A stretch of DNA of 32,404 nt from Deltaproteobacteria bacterium. GTDB taxonomy: Bacteria; Desulfobacterota; DSM-4660; Desulfatiglandales; HGW-15. The stretch lies in the NCBI GenBank assembly GCA_016929815.1, contig JAFGIC010000061.1, positions 1 to 32,404 of the forward strand. The letters run 5' to 3'. Positions 1-9,700 of the stretch are shown in pieces. The translations under genes were made by a program, and so were the position numbers. Positions within the stretch are counted from its first letter, which is position 1; each line of letters starts with the position of its first letter. Under the pieces are notes generated by a model. The model searched no databases and was not told the origin of the DNA. It saw only the letters and a program-made list of their open reading frames with translations.

Positions 1-249
1 CAAAAGCGCGATAATAAATGTTTTTTTCAAGATCATACCCGTCCTTTTTAAAAAGCTTATGTCCATTGAATTTATGCGTTTACGGCCGTTTATGGTGTGA
101 AAGTAGCATTGATATATTAAGGAATCGCAAGGAGTTTATTAGATAAATATTAAAAAACAGGAGGAATAACTACACGATATAAGTCGTTTCTTTATCCTTG
201 ATATGAATACAAGGCACTGCCTAATCTCAAAACCATATTCATCGGCTTC

Positions 250-981
250 TCAATCGGCAAGCCGGTATCCCGCATGACGCACCGTCTCGATGTAATGTTT
301 TCCATCGCCCAGCTTCCTTCTTAAACCATAGACATGCACGTCAATTGATCTTTCCGTAACGGAATCGTCCAGGTCATGGATCGATTCCCTTATATGTTTT
401 CTTGAAAACACCCAACCCGGTTTTTTTGCCAGGAGCTCAAGAATCCTGAATTCAGCCTGTGTGAGCCCTACATCTTTTCCTCTTACGGTTACCCTGCGCT
501 TGCCTGAAAATATCTCCATGTCGCGTATCCTTATAACGTCGGAGGTTGTATGCGTGGGCCTGAAACGGTTTCGTTCTCCCAAAACCGCCCTTATCCTTGA
601 TATCAAAACCCTTATACTGAATGGCTTGGTGACATAATCACACGCCCCGAGCTCCAGTCCGAGGACAATATCCGTTTCTTCAGCCCGGGCAGAAAGATAT
701 ATGACAGGCACATCCATGGTAGGCTGATTGCGTTGCAGATATTTCAATACCTCCAATCCGCTGATCCCCGGCAGCATTATATCCAGGAGGATAAGATCGG
801 GAATTTCTCTGGTCGCTATTTCTATGGCCTCCTCGCCCGAAGTTGCGCAGATAACACGGAACCCTTCGCTCGCCAGATGATACTCCAGAAGCTGCAGGAC
901 ATCAGGCTCATCGTCCACTGCAAGTATGCATTTCTCTGTAATTTTAACCGGCAATCCTTTTTCTTTCTTTTCCTTGTTCAT
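250..981 (-). CDS. OmpR/PhoB-family two-component response regulator (receiver + winged-helix DNA-binding domain)
   Basis: Receiver motifs ILAVDDEPDV and DLILLDIMLPGISG. C-terminal Trans_reg_C-like LTQAEFRILELL...RSIDVHVYGLRRKL...GYRL. The first codon of track ORF 250..1017 (1015-1017) is TTG. The first ATG is at 981 (MNKEKKEK...) behind GAGAAAGAG, so I trimmed the start. No histidine kinase lies in the window. Confidence 0.9.
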   Translation of the reverse strand: MNKEKKEKGLPVKITEKCILAVDDEPDVLQLLEYHLASEGFRVICATSGEEAIEIATREIPDLILLDIMLPGISGLEVLKYLQRNQPTMDVPVIYLSARAEETDIVLGLELGACDYVTKPFSIRVLISRIRAVLGERNRFRPTHTTSDVIRIRDMEIFSGKRRVTVRGKDVGLTQAEFRILELLAKKPGWVFSRKHIRESIHDLDDSVTERSIDVHVYGLRRKLGDGKHYIETVRHAGYRLAD

Positions 982-1042
982 CTCTTTCTCAGCCGAAAGA
1001 TCGCAGGAATTCGGCAATCGCTAAAGGCATTTAAAACTTCCT

Positions 1043-1744
1043 CTATTGCGTTTGCCTCTGCTCCTCTATCTTTTCAATATATTCCTTAATATATTTCTCA
1101 AGCTCGACCCTCTTAGCCTGGACAAATGGCTCCTTTTCCATCAGCGATGCCAGGAGGCCTTTATTCTCATAGCTTGCCAGCAATTCCTCCGCTATAACGC
1201 ATAGCTCCGCATTATGTGTTCTTGATATATCAAGTTCCCTTAAAACAGTGTCGAGATCAAGCTGAAGATCCTGTTTTTCAATGTCAAGCTTGTTCATCCT
1301 CTTTTCAAGTTCTGCCGTTTCCGAGAGGCTCTTGTCCTGTGCCTCTTTTATTTCTCTATTCATTGTCTCCACTCTTTCCGTAAGCTCATTTACCTCGTCC
1401 TCAAGCAGTGCTATAATCTCATCCTTTTCAAATAAACCCTTCTCAATGTCCTTTTTGTCTTCCAGGACGCTGTCCTTTTCAATCTCCAGATTTCTGGTCT
1501 CTTCCATGGCCTTGGATACTGCCCCTTCCAGAGATGATTTCACGCGTGTCAGCTGGGTTGAAAGTGCATTCTTCTCCTGATATTTTTTATAGATCTGTTC
1601 TTTTTTCCTGTTCAAATCATCAATCATATCCTGTCCCAGACGAATCTCAGTTTTTAATTTAAAGGTTCCGTACAAAAGAAACCCGGAAAGCCCGTATCCG
1701 CAAAGAACCAGAACGATAATGATTATTGATTTAAACCTGGACAT
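1043..1744 (-). CDS. Membrane-anchored coiled-coil protein (N-terminal TM helix, ~200 aa heptad-rich E/K/L region), function unknown
   Basis: The track ORF starts with TTG at 1771. The ATG at 1744 gives MSRFKSIIIIVLVLCGYGLSGFLLYGTF (TM helix), with GAGG ~10 nt upstream and only 4 nt after the porin stop. The rest is charged and helical (EIEKDSVLEDKKDIEKGLFEKDEIIALLEDEVNELTERVETMNREIKEAQ). I recognised no family. Confidence 0.7.
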   Translation of the reverse strand: MSRFKSIIIIVLVLCGYGLSGFLLYGTFKLKTEIRLGQDMIDDLNRKKEQIYKKYQEKNALSTQLTRVKSSLEGAVSKAMEETRNLEIEKDSVLEDKKDIEKGLFEKDEIIALLEDEVNELTERVETMNREIKEAQDKSLSETAELEKRMNKLDIEKQDLQLDLDTVLRELDISRTHNAELCVIAEELLASYENKGLLASLMEKEPFVQAKRVELEKYIKEYIEKIEEQRQTQ

Positions 1745-1748
1745 TGGA

Positions 1749-3476
1749 TTAAAACCTCGCGTTAAGATCAAACATAAATGTATCTACTGCCAATGGAACG
1801 CCCAGTATCTCATTGGCGCTCATCCATCGTCCCGCGAGCCAGAAACGTTCCGAAAGACCGTACTGCCCTCCCAAGATCCATCCCTTTGTGTTTGTCCCGC
1901 CCAGCCAGAAATCCGAGTCCGTAAAGGCGTCCAATACGGAATCCGCCCCGAGACGCCTGTAAAACAGCGAGGCGTTCCATTCACCGAAGCCCCTGGGTGT
2001 GGGATATCCCACGGTCAACCCTGCCTGATAACCTGTTGTCTCCTCCGGATATTCACTGTAACCCATCCTTGCCGAGACCTCTTCCCGGTCAAAACCTATG
2101 TTTTTCACATAATCTCCCGTCAAGATAATATGAAAGGGGAACCAGCGCGCGTAGTCCAGCTCCGCCGTCAGATTCATGAGTTTATATTCCGCTGCAAGCG
2201 CCCATGTCTCATTGGATGAATCGGTATTGATATCAAAAAGGGAGTTCCCCACCTGCCGGAATAAAGGTTCAGTTTCGTTGGTATAGGTCCCACTGGGATC
2301 ATCAAAAAATTCCCCGCTTGTACCCTCAAAATTATAATAGGCCGCTGCTACCCTGGCGCTTAGACCAAGCGGTTTCTCGTAATTCATCCCCAGCTGCCAC
2401 CCGAAAAGCCACTTATCCTCCTGGAACAGTTCCAGTTCCTGGACAGGAAAGGCCCCCGCAATAACAAACCATTTTAAGGGGTGTTCCAGCAGCGTATCGG
2501 TTTCTATTGTCAGGGCCATGCCCTCAAAATTGACATCACTATCCCATACAAGGTCTGTTGAAAACCACGGACTCGCGAACCTTCCGGCAACGGCCGTGAC
2601 CCTGGGTATAAGGCCCCATTTGGGATAAGTCGGCTTGTATGTCCATTTAAGATACGCCCTGTCCAGGGTAACCGTGTCTTTATTAAGGTAATCGCCCATG
2701 GTATCGTTCGTAGAGATCGGGTCGCCGGTGTTTCCCGACGCGAGGCGGGCGCCTGCCTTTATCTCGCCCGCGTTTATCTCCGTGCCTTTATTCATGACAT
2801 CCGCCTCTACCGTAAGACGTATCCTGTAGCGGTATCTTGATCGATCGACCGTGGTGTTGACTATCTCATTGGCGTCAGGGTCATAGAGCAAATCATAATT
2901 ATCCTCATCATAAAAATCCTTCTGGTACCTTGCCCTGATATCTCCTCCCCATTCAATGCGTCCGGCCCAAGCTGAGTTTAATAGCTGCTCGTTTATATCA
3001 TCAGATAGCTGCCTCTCAACCTTGGTCACCCTGTCATCCAACAGACTCGATTTGGTCCTCAGCTCTTCTGTGATAAAATCCAGGTCTTCCCTATTCCTGG
3101 ATACATCTTCCTTTAATTCTTTGTCGGCATTCTCCGTAAGCCTTCTGAAATACTCCTCCTCATCCTGCTCCGGGATAATCCTTACGGCATCTCCCTCAGC
3201 TTCCCCGGAAAGGTCGCCGCTCCTATATCTTTCCATAAATGTTGCTGCCTCTTTTTCATTTATAACGCCCTTTGCAAGCAGCAGGCCGACCAGCGCCTCA
3301 ATGGTATCCACAGCCTCAGCAGGCGCATTGGCTTCACTCTCGGCCTTGATATGTGTTTCCGCAGTATCAACAGGCATCTCAGTTATATTAGGCTCTTCAC
3401 ATAGGCCATGTACGCTTAAAAGATTAATGAAAAACACAAAAGATATGCCCGCAACCATGTTGATAAACCTGTTCAT
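1749..3476 (-). CDS. Outer-membrane beta-barrel, putative-porin type, with long helical N-terminal periplasmic extension
   Basis: ATG at 3476 with GGAGAA 7 nt upstream. Signal peptide MNRFINMVAGISFVFFINLLSVHG. Residues ~90-165 are coiled-coil-like. Alternating beta-strand pattern runs from WGGDIRARYQ onward. The motif AGRFASPWFSTDLVWDSDVNFEG resembles the Pfam 'putative porin' family as I recall it. The C-terminal residue is Phe (DLNARF), typical of OMPs. Confidence 0.75.
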   Translation of the reverse strand: MNRFINMVAGISFVFFINLLSVHGLCEEPNITEMPVDTAETHIKAESEANAPAEAVDTIEALVGLLLAKGVINEKEAATFMERYRSGDLSGEAEGDAVRIIPEQDEEEYFRRLTENADKELKEDVSRNREDLDFITEELRTKSSLLDDRVTKVERQLSDDINEQLLNSAWAGRIEWGGDIRARYQKDFYDEDNYDLLYDPDANEIVNTTVDRSRYRYRIRLTVEADVMNKGTEINAGEIKAGARLASGNTGDPISTNDTMGDYLNKDTVTLDRAYLKWTYKPTYPKWGLIPRVTAVAGRFASPWFSTDLVWDSDVNFEGMALTIETDTLLEHPLKWFVIAGAFPVQELELFQEDKWLFGWQLGMNYEKPLGLSARVAAAYYNFEGTSGEFFDDPSGTYTNETEPLFRQVGNSLFDINTDSSNETWALAAEYKLMNLTAELDYARWFPFHIILTGDYVKNIGFDREEVSARMGYSEYPEETTGYQAGLTVGYPTPRGFGEWNASLFYRRLGADSVLDAFTDSDFWLGGTNTKGWILGGQYGLSERFWLAGRWMSANEILGVPLAVDTFMFDLNARF

Positions 3477-3570
3477 TAAATTTCTCCGAGTAATTAAGTT
3501 GGCATCACGAACAAACGTTCGCGTTCAATATCCGATAAAGCATGTAACTCTACATATGGCAATTACATCA

Positions 3571-4302
3571 CTATCCCTTTGATGAGACCCTGATCTTTAT
3601 GGACTTCGGCATACCCTCCGGCGGAACCTCATCGATCTGTATCTGCTTCATGGCGGCCTGGATCGCATTGTCCATTTTATTACTGCCTGAAGAGCCAAGT
3701 ATATCGAAGTCCGTTATCCATCCCTCATTATCAAGGACTATCTTAAGCGTAGCGTTAAGATTCCCTTCCGGTATGCCGCCGTCCTTTTCAAGCTCCCTGT
3801 TCAGACGCTCCATGATCTCCTTCTGGATCTTCTGTATATACCAGGCGTATCTCTTTAAAAGAGAACTGCTGCCGCTGCCGCCCGAATCTCCAAGAATTAT
3901 AGATCTCCCACCTTTCTTTCCTACAAGCCCGAATCCGTCCGATCCGGACGTCCCATCCGCGTCAATGCCCAGCTCTTCCCCAGCGGGCGTATCATCCGTA
4001 TTCTCGCTCATATCCTCCTGCGGTGAAGCTTCCTGGATGATCTCCTGTATCTCCTCCTCAATCGCAGGCTCAGGCGGTATCTCCTCCACCTTTTCAGGCT
4101 CGGGCGGCTTCTGTTCAACCACCTTTATCATCTGGATCTGCCGCACCTTCCTTGTCTCATCAACGGTTATGAGTTTTTTAACGACAACAAACCCTAAAAA
4201 GATCAGGATGACGGGAACCAGTCCGGAAATGACCCATGCCGCCGGATGGATCTTTTTTTTCCTTTTCTTTGTCTCACCCTTCAAGGCTGTCCCCCCTCTC
4301 AT
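3571..4302 (-). CDS. tonB: TonB-like energy transducer (N-terminal TM anchor, Pro/Glu-rich spacer, C-terminal TonB/TolA-like domain)
   Basis: The ATG overlaps the exbD stop (ATGA at 4299-4302). TM helix AAWVISGLVPVILIFLGFVVV. Spacer KPPEPEKVEEIPPEPAIEEE. C-terminal ~90 aa has a beta-alpha-beta pattern (ATLKIVLDNEGWITDFDILGSSGSNKMDNAIQAAM...). Position immediately after exbB-exbD. Confidence 0.75.
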   Translation of the reverse strand: MRGGTALKGETKKRKKKIHPAAWVISGLVPVILIFLGFVVVKKLITVDETRKVRQIQMIKVVEQKPPEPEKVEEIPPEPAIEEEIQEIIQEASPQEDMSENTDDTPAGEELGIDADGTSGSDGFGLVGKKGGRSIILGDSGGSGSSSLLKRYAWYIQKIQKEIMERLNRELEKDGGIPEGNLNATLKIVLDNEGWITDFDILGSSGSNKMDNAIQAAMKQIQIDEVPPEGMPKSIKIRVSSKG

Positions 4303-4715
4303 TTTACAATCCTCTGTGTTACCAGACCCAGTTGGCTGATCTCCAGCCTCTGCAGCAGGTCAAGTATATCAATGACGCTCTGATAATAAATCTTTTCATC
4401 CCCCTTTATGACCACGGGCAGGTTTGGGTCCGCGGCCTTGTATTGCCGCAGAAGGTTCTCCAGTTCCTGCATGGTCACGGGATAGGCATCCAGGTATATC
4501 TGCCCGCCCGAGTTAACGGTAATCGCCTTTGTCTTGGGCCTTGTAAGACTCGGGGCGGCGCTTGCCTTTGGAAGATTCACCTTGATCCCCTGGATGGCCG
4601 CGGTAACGGAGATAACGAAAACGACCAGCAGTGTCCATGCCAGGTCCAGCAGGGGGGTGACGTTTATCTCATCCAGGAGCTTGTTGTCCGATCCTGACGT
4701 CCTTCTTCTCCTCAT
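4299..4715 (-). CDS. exbD: ExbD/TolR-family biopolymer transport protein
   Basis: EINVTPLLDLAWTLLVVFVI matches the ExbD N-terminal signature (INVTPFIDVMLVLL in E. coli), including the TM Asp. The periplasmic domain has ITVNSGGQIYLD...VVIKGDEKIYYQSVIDILD. The ATG overlaps the exbB stop (ATGA at 4712-4715). Confidence 0.9.
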   Translation of the reverse strand: MRRRRTSGSDNKLLDEINVTPLLDLAWTLLVVFVISVTAAIQGIKVNLPKASAAPSLTRPKTKAITVNSGGQIYLDAYPVTMQELENLLRQYKAADPNLPVVIKGDEKIYYQSVIDILDLLQRLEISQLGLVTQRIVK

Positions 4716-6523
4716 TTCTCCTGCTCCTCATACTGTTCAAACATCGTTGTGAGTTCATCCATAAACAGATCCATCTCGCCTGTGGCCTTCCTGACCTTGA
4801 CGGCCAGATAGTTGTATCCGAACAGGGCAGGTATTGCCACGATCAGGCCGAAGACCGTTGTTGCCAGGGCCGAGGACACGCCGGGTGCAATGGCCGTGAT
4901 ACTCGCCTCCCCCGCCTCGGCCAGCGACGCGAAGGTATTCATGACGCCCCACACCGTACCCAACAGACCGAGAAACGGTCCTCCTGTTATGGCCATGGTA
5001 AGGAGCACCATCCAGGAATTGAGCGCCCTTGCCTCCTCCGCGTAGGACCTCTCCAGCGCGTTTTTGACCTTCTCAAGGGCTTTTTTAGATATCTTTACAC
5101 CGGCCTTCTCAGCATCACCGGAGATTTCCTCAATCGAGTCACCGTGCGCCATGGTATTGAATTCACGCCATCCTGCCGCGTATATCCTGTACAGGACCGA
5201 AGAAGGATAATCCGTGTCTTCATCTTCCTCTCGCGGAACAGGCCTTGAGTCTCTGAAAGATCCCATGAAGGCCCTGTCGTCTTTCTCTATATACCACAGG
5301 TTGAACGACTTTCCGATCATGACTATCCAGCTCATGACGGCAAAGATGATCAGGATCCCTATAATGATAAGCCCGTCAAGGGATATGTTTTTTGCGATGG
5401 TTGCGAAATAGAATGTTGGAAGTCCACCGCCCTCATAGATCTCCTCCTCTACAAATCCGCACATAAGGCTGTCCGGCGCCTGGCTTGCGTACAAGGCCCT
5501 GATCCATGCGTCCGACCTTACAAGATTTGATATATTTATTTCATCAATGTCGCCGGAAAAGCATGCCTCGCCTTTTACATCGGAGCCTATTGAGATGTCG
5601 GTCACATTCTCAAAGCTGAAGGAATCGATATCCGTCCATGTTATTTTCAGACTGTCAAGGAATATGGTTATTCTCTGTTTAGTGGCCGCCGTGAAGGCAA
5701 AATGTCGCCATTTATCTGTGGAGACGTCTGCGGTCTTCTCCAATGAATTTATTATATTGTCGCCTTCCTTTAACAGGACATATATCTTGCTCTCATCGAC
5801 CCTGACCTCCAGTGTCCGGCCCTCGCTATTCATCGCAAACAGACAGGAGTCGTCCTGTGGCATCAGGAGTTTTACCCAAAGAGAAAAGGTTATTCCGTCC
5901 TTGAAGCTCAGGGAAGGGGATGATGGAATCATGATCCTGTCGCCCGCGCCGTTCAGGCTCACCCCATTTCCCACAACTGATGGCAGTCCTTGCGTCCCCA
6001 TGAATGATCCGGCGTTATTTTTATAGGCGGTCGAATCCTCGGGAAGATTTTCCATCTCGCTAAAATGATAAACCGCTACCTGGTTGACATCATAGGTGCC
6101 TGCCGCGTCCTGCCCACCCATGGCGTTCTTGTTCCCGTAATACATCCTTATATAATCCTGATCCGAGCCCGCGAGTATCATGGGCACATTTACCCATACA
6201 AGGCCGATCTCGTCGATGCTGTCATAGTATTCTATATGATGTTTCAGGTCGGTCTCGTCATCCCCCTTGATAAACCTTATGTCCGAACCGTCATCCAGGG
6301 CCTTCGTAAAATCGAAATTGCCTGAATGCAGTCTTAGAAGGACAGGTGCTCCAACCAAATTCTCGGCTATATCCGAGCCTGTCTTCGTCGTATCGAAAGC
6401 GACCTTTTTCCGATATCCCCATTGATTATTCCACCAACTACTTTCTTCCGCGAACCCTGTCTCAACAAAAAAGAATCCCGCCGCCACAAATAAAAATATC
6501 AATGCCCTCAAAAAGTATTTCAC
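4712..6523 (-). CDS. exbB: MotA/TolQ/ExbB-family proton-channel protein with N-terminal periplasmic DUF2341 + LamG (concanavalin-like lectin fold) extension
   Basis: GTG start at 6523 with GAGGA 8 nt upstream. Signal-like N-terminus. DUF2341-like WGYRKKVAFD...DIRFIKGDDETDLKHHIEYYDSIDEIGLVWVNVP...IRMYYGN (~6118-6436). LamG-like VYHFSE...GNGVSLNGAGDRIMIP...ITFSLWVKL (~5488-6073). C-terminal three-TM ExbB core GGPFLGLLGTVWGVMNTF and IAPGVSSALATTVFGLIVAIPALFGYNYL (~4715-5401). Confidence 0.85.
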   Translation of the reverse strand: MKYFLRALIFLFVAAGFFFVETGFAEESSWWNNQWGYRKKVAFDTTKTGSDIAENLVGAPVLLRLHSGNFDFTKALDDGSDIRFIKGDDETDLKHHIEYYDSIDEIGLVWVNVPMILAGSDQDYIRMYYGNKNAMGGQDAAGTYDVNQVAVYHFSEMENLPEDSTAYKNNAGSFMGTQGLPSVVGNGVSLNGAGDRIMIPSSPSLSFKDGITFSLWVKLLMPQDDSCLFAMNSEGRTLEVRVDESKIYVLLKEGDNIINSLEKTADVSTDKWRHFAFTAATKQRITIFLDSLKITWTDIDSFSFENVTDISIGSDVKGEACFSGDIDEINISNLVRSDAWIRALYASQAPDSLMCGFVEEEIYEGGGLPTFYFATIAKNISLDGLIIIGILIIFAVMSWIVMIGKSFNLWYIEKDDRAFMGSFRDSRPVPREEDEDTDYPSSVLYRIYAAGWREFNTMAHGDSIEEISGDAEKAGVKISKKALEKVKNALERSYAEEARALNSWMVLLTMAITGGPFLGLLGTVWGVMNTFASLAEAGEASITAIAPGVSSALATTVFGLIVAIPALFGYNYLAVKVRKATGEMDLFMDELTTMFEQYEEQEK

Positions 6524-6584
6524 CTCATTAATCCTCGCTTTCCGAAATTCAAGTCCTCTTTATTCCATCACCGCGCTTTGTTTC

Positions 6585-6605
6585 GTTAGTCGTTAGGGGT
6601 TAGTC
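6585..6605. repeat. Tandem heptamer array, 3 units (GTTAGTC GTTAGGG GTTAGTC)
   Basis: Read directly in the tpsA-exbB spacer. Confidence 0.8.
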
Positions 6606-6736
6606 GCAAGGCCTTTCTATCACTTCTCCTTTAACCTCGTACCTTCCTGACTCAAGCAACCTCAGTAACCTCTACCCCTTTAAATTTACGGTAGTGACAG
6701 CGAAGCGTATTTAACCTGGGCAACAAATCCAACTGC

Positions 6737-6771
6737 CTCCGACATCCGTCATCTGCCATCCGTCATCCGTC
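6737..6771. repeat. Tandem heptamer array, 5 units (CTCCGAC ATCCGTC ATCTGCC ATCCGTC ATCCGTC)
   Basis: Read directly. Ends 2 nt from the tpsA stop codon (6774-6776). Confidence 0.9.
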
Positions 6772-6773
6772 CT

Positions 6774-9700
6774 CTATTCTCCCTCTTCTTCATAAAATCC
6801 CAGGACCTCTACATTAAGCCATTTGGTTATAAAATCAGCCAATGCCTTCATTGCCTCTTCCATGGAATCCTCCCGCGACCCGGTTATGGTCGATGTAGCC
6901 TCTTCCACCATGCTGGTGGTATCGGTTATACTGCTTATTCCTGCAACCACTCCCAGATTTACCGAAGCCGTGGAAACAGGCATGCCCACGGATCCCTGTG
7001 AAAAACTTATATTCTGCGCGTTCACAATATCCACCGCACCAAGGATAACGTTTGTGCCTGAAATGCCGGCTTCTCCGGCGTCTATCTCGCCTTCAGGTGC
7101 GAAGAGATAGACGTCTCCGGGAAGGGGCTCTTCCTTGGGTCCCTCAAGACCGTCCGGATCAAAGGTCAGGGTCCTGATTCCGCTTCCCACTGCGGGGGCC
7201 TCCCATTCAATAAACCATTTCCCGGTTTTCTCATCATAAACGGCATGGGACTCTGTTGCATTCACGCTTGCCTTTGAACCTCTTCCTGCATTTATGTTTC
7301 CCTTATCAGTCCAAACCGTTACATCCCCGCCGGCAAATGTCATCACCCTGGATTCGTTTACGTTTAGGTCTTCGACGGAGAATATGTTTATATCGCCTCC
7401 TGCGGTCGTATAGATGCCCGAATCGCTCTCCACACTTCCTGAATCGGTAAAGGTACTCTTTCCGACATTTATCTCTCCCAGGGCCGCGATATAGATACTT
7501 CCTGCTCCTCCTGTTATGTTGATCTGCGATTCAACCATGTCAATGTCGCCTGTCCCTGTACCGACATCTTTAAACAGGTTATACACGGCCTCTCTTCGGA
7601 GATTTTCCACAACGGCCTCCGCGCCTTCAATATCTCCTTCCGCCAAAAATTCACTGTATATCTCTCCTTGATCCCTGATTCTTCCGAAAAACTCATTGAG
7701 CTCATCAAGCGTTATATCCAGATCAACCCCCGAAAGTACGACCAGGTCATTTTCTTCGGGATCGAGATATACATTGTATTGGTTGCCGACCAGTTGGATT
7801 CCATCTGTAGTGCCGAGGTCGATGCTGTCACCTGCGATAACCATAAGCAGGCCCGGTCCCCCCTTTTCGATGCCGGTATAAAGCAGATCACCCGACAAAC
7901 TGGAGGAAAATGATATGTCCCGACCTGCCTTGATATAGGAGATATCATCTAAACCGGTATTTTGACCGTTATAATATATATCCAGTATGTCTCTTTCCGC
8001 AGTGATCTCCGTCTTCTTTGGCAGATAAAAGGCGATATCCTTGATATCCTGGCCCGCATCTATGATAACCGCTTTGTCATCGTCTCTGTGGGAAACGCCT
8101 TCGCCATGTTCATATCGAGTCAGTGAATTTATGACCGCCTCCACCTCGCTTGTGGTAGAGGTCTTATCTCCATAAACTTCATCGGCATTGAGATCTGACA
8201 TATATATGTTTCCCCTTTTCTCTTTACCGTTTTCAATATACTCCCCGCTGATGTCCCTTCCTGCTCTTAAATAAAGCTGTCCCTCGGATGAAGGCGCCAG
8301 GACAAAGCTGTCATTAAACAGGATATCCCGACCTGAGATTATCGACAAAGAGGCAGGCAGCATCTTCTGTTTCAATTTCTGGTTAATATTGCCGTAAAAT
8401 ATGGCATCTCCTGTTAACGAAACATCTCCGAATATTGCATTAAGATTCATCTCCGTATCCTCGGTATAGGACAGGTTCCAGGACGAATCGGAAGTAAAGC
8501 TGTCGCTCGCGAGGGTGGGATTAACTATAGACCCCAGTAATATCTTTCCGCCTGTTGTCAAGGAGACATTTGCATCGAGGAGTTCAATCTGCTGCCCCTC
8601 CATTCCGGTCTTTGTGCCGAAATCTCCCGCTGCATATAGTTCGCCCATACCGTCTGCAACAACAAATCTTCCGTTAATGTCGCCTCCTGAGTAGACATTG
8701 AGATTCCCTTCGGCGAAGTTTCCTATCCCGGCAGTAATATCACCTCCGGCCTTTATGTAAATATCCCCGCCCGACATGGCAACAATACCCTGGGACACGT
8801 CAAGGCCGTTATTTCCTGCGAAAGAGGCGCTCCAGTCCTTCCACACCTCCTGGGTCTCCGGATCATAGGCCATATAGACTTGATCCCATCCGTCATTTAT
8901 TGATGGCGACCCCAGGAGATTCCCCTTAAAATTAAGATTTATATCTCCCCCTGCCTCATAGTACCAGTAGGATATCAACGCTTCGGATGTTGCGGCGCCC
9001 AGGGATCTTATTGTTCCAAGATAGCCGCTCTTTCTTTTTAACTGGATATCGCCGTCTACTTCCAGGTCTATATCCCCAAGGGAGGATTGGATAGCGCCGC
9101 CGTTTATTATCAGCGATCCGCCAACATCTCCGGATATTGAACCATCATATGTACTCAGGTTATAGCCTATGCCGCTGTATGAAATCAGGGTATTTAAGTT
9201 CACCTTGTCGATCATTGTGTCTCCGGCTGATGAGAATCCTATATCCCCCCTTTCCGTATAAACAAGGACACCTGAGTTGATAGTCAGGTCTCCATTATCT
9301 ATTTCTGTAAAGGCGCCCAGGGGATTGGCGGCTGTGAGATCCGACCCGGCTGAAAGGTCTATGTTCCATCCTGTTGCTCCGGTATCTTGATACAGATAAT
9401 GTTTGTTTGTTGGCGCATCGGTGATATCCCCGTTAATAATGAGATCTCCGGCAGCCCTGAGGTACAAAAATCCTGCCGTCTCACCAGTCCCGTCTACATC
9501 CGCATCATAGTGCCAGTCCGTCAAACTCCATGCATTTTTTACTGTAAGGTCTCCTATACTTGTTATCTCCAGTCCAGGGACGAAATTAAGGTCAGTGCCG
9601 TCGCTGATCTCCAGGCCGCCGAATATCTCGGACTTTAATGTCGAGGCATCCTCCATGTAAGCCTCCGTTTCCGTCTTCCATTGGCTGATTTCATTATCTA

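Noticed and set aside
1-36. Possible start of another minus-strand gene at the left edge (ATG at 36..34, MILKKTFIIALL…, AAGGA 5 nt upstream).
   Set aside because: Only 12 codons are visible. It is plausible (a hydrophobic N-terminus, perhaps the missing sensor kinase) but cannot be supported from this window.
3288-3308. TonB-box-like VDTIEALV in the porin N-terminal extension.
   Set aside because: It matches only D-T-I of the DTIVV-type consensus and lies in a region that looks helical rather than extended. It is kept only as a remark in a finding.
6774-7500. CdiA-like polymorphic toxin tip with downstream immunity gene at the TpsA C-terminus.
   Set aside because: I saw no VENN/pretoxin boundary (only an unrelated VENL). 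The C-terminus looks like a conserved structural module. The 250-nt downstream spacer has no ORF, only heptamer repeats.
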